Assembly: GCA_951406725.2 (NCBI GenBank)
Contig: OX597820.1
Location: 36,022,001 to 36,086,000 of the forward strand
DNA: 64,000 bases
Source of the DNA: Octopus vulgaris
Taxonomy: Eukaryota
Direction: 5' to 3'
A model generated the notes under the pieces. That model was given only the letters and a program-made list of their open reading frames with translations, was not told where the DNA came from and searched no databases. A program made the position numbers and the translations under genes. Below are positions 62,309 through 64,000 of the stretch, piece by piece. The first letter of the stretch is position 1. Every line of letters starts with the position of its first letter.

Positions 62309-62610
62309 GTGTGTGTGTGTATACATATTATTTAAATTTATTTTTCTGTTTTACTGTAGATTTCACTGTAACTTTATTCCTATATAAATAAATTACGTTA
62401 TAAAAGTGATTGTTTTAAAAAAAAGTGTTTTATTTCTGTAAAATTTATCTTTTGTGTATTTCTTTATGATTACATAAATTAATATTTTCAAAGAAATACC
62501 AAAGAAATTATAAATAAGTTTTTGAACATGGGGAAATTTTTTTAAATATTTTTCATATAGTTTCTTGTGAGTCACTAAAGCCATCCCAAGAGAATATTTT
62601 ACTCCAGATA

Positions 62611-63960
62611 TCACTTGTGTACATGCTTATGGTTAGTTAAATTACCCTTATAAGAAAAGATTTTACCACATATATCACAGTCATATGATGTCTTACGTGT
62701 GTGTGTACGCTTGTGAGAAGCTAAGTTACCACTCCGAGAGAACGTTTTGCCGCAGATGTGACAACAGTATGGTTTGTCACCAGTGTGAACACGTCTGTGA
62801 GAAGACAGACTACAACTTACAGCAAACACTTTACCACAGATATCACAGTGATATGGCTTATAACCAGTATGTCTACGTTTGTGACAAGCTAATATACCCC
62901 TTGTAGAGAAATGTTTACTGCAAATATCACATTGAAATGGTTTCTCACCAGTGTGAACGCGTTTATGACTAGTCAAATCACAACTGGCAGAAAAAGATTT
63001 ACCACAAATATCACATTGATAAGGTTTAAGTTTTGAATGTGTCTTTTTATGACTCTCTAAGTTACTGCTGTTACTAAATCTTTTATCACAGAATTCACAG
63101 TAGTATGGTTTCTCACCTGTGTGTAAACGTTTGTGGAAAGATAAACTAGCTTTGTATGGGAATGATTTACCACAGATGTTACAGTGATATGGTTTTTCAC
63201 CTGTGTGAATCCGTTTGTGAGTAGACAAACTGCCTTTATATGAGAACATATTACCACAGATATCACAGTGATATGGTTTCTCACCAGTGTGAACACGTTT
63301 GTGACAAGATAGGGCAGAATTTGCAGGAAACGTCTTACCACAGATATCACAGTGGTAAGGCTTATGTCCCGTGTGTATACGTTTATGACGAGTTAACAAC
63401 CCACTTTGAGAGAAATGCTTACCACAAACATCACAGTGGTATGGTTTCTCACCAGTATGAATACGTTTGTGACTGGAGAGATAACAATTTGCGGAAAATG
63501 CTTTGCCACAGATATCACATTCAAAGGGTTTGATTCCTGAATGTTTTTGCTTATGATTATATAAATTACCATACTGAGCAAATGTTTTACCACAGATATC
63601 ACAGTGGAAAGGTTGTTCTCCAGTGTGAATACGTTTGTGAGAAAATAATGAACTTCTGATGGTGAAGGTTTTGCCACAGATGTCACAATGATAGGGTTTA
63701 AGTCCTGAATGTTTCATTTTATGTCTGTATAAATTACTATTCTTAGAGAATGTCTTGCCACAGATATCACAGTTGTATGGTTTCTCACCTGTGTGAGTAC
63801 GTTTATGATCAGTAAGGTGATTATTCTGTTGGAAGGTTTTCCCACAGATGTCACAGTGGTGTGGCCTCTTCTTAACACTTTTCTGTGTCTGAAGAGATAA
63901 ATCAAATCTTCCACATTCCTTTTCACCATTAATCTGACTCTTACACAGTTTCTCCTCCAT
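62611..63960 (-). CDS. C2H2 zinc-finger protein ZNF-D, 449 aa, 15 fingers
   Basis: 33-aa leader plus 15 fingers; recognition helices differ from those of ZNF-A/B/C. Confidence 0.97.
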   Translation of the reverse strand: MEEKLCKSQINGEKECGRFDLSLQTQKSVKKRPHHCDICGKTFQQNNHLTDHKRTHTGEKPYNCDICGKTFSKNSNLYRHKMKHSGLKPYHCDICGKTFTIRSSLFSHKRIHTGEQPFHCDICGKTFAQYGNLYNHKQKHSGIKPFECDICGKAFSANCYLSSHKRIHTGEKPYHCDVCGKHFSQSGLLTRHKRIHTGHKPYHCDICGKTFPANSALSCHKRVHTGEKPYHCDICGNMFSYKGSLSTHKRIHTGEKPYHCNICGKSFPYKASLSFHKRLHTGEKPYYCEFCDKRFSNSSNLESHKKTHSKLKPYQCDICGKSFSASCDLTSHKRVHTGEKPFQCDICSKHFSTRGILACHKRRHTGYKPYHCDICGKVFAVSCSLSSHRRVHTGDKPYCCHICGKTFSRSGNLASHKRTHTRKTSYDCDICGKIFSYKGNLTNHKHVHK

Positions 63961-64000
63961 AATAACAGATATTATTAAGAAAGAAAAACAAACTTTTTCA

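Overview
AT-rich, microsatellite- and transposon-dense eukaryotic DNA, most likely a coleoid cephalopod such as Octopus. That assignment is inferred from the SINE families and the single-exon CDICGK-type C2H2 arrays. Genes: (1) a 4-coding-exon RING/B-box/coiled-coil (TRIM) gene on + (15064-24274, 423 aa after manual splicing) with no recognisable C-terminal domain; (2) a cluster of four intact single-coding-exon C2H2 zinc-finger genes (20, 16, 12 and 15 finger units; three are recent paralogues, two of them head-to-head) plus a finger pseudogene fragment; (3) two probable terminal exons of an unidentified minus-strand gene (10189-10133, 7457-7378) that the ORF track does not assemble into a gene. 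Mobile DNA: a full-length decayed Tc1, maT and mariner relics, CR1, RTE and Jockey/I-like LINE fragments, several tRNA-derived SINE families, MITEs and many fold-back palindromes. The most unusual signals are a tRNA-headed SINE carrying a Penelope-type minimal hammerhead motif (retrozyme-like), a 420-bp non-autonomous RTE derivative whose 5' end has HDV-ribozyme-like topology, a uORF whose frame is kept across the ZNF paralogues, and the linkage of a domain-less TRIM to an effector-less ZNF cluster. All calls were made by eye and repeat boundaries are approximate.
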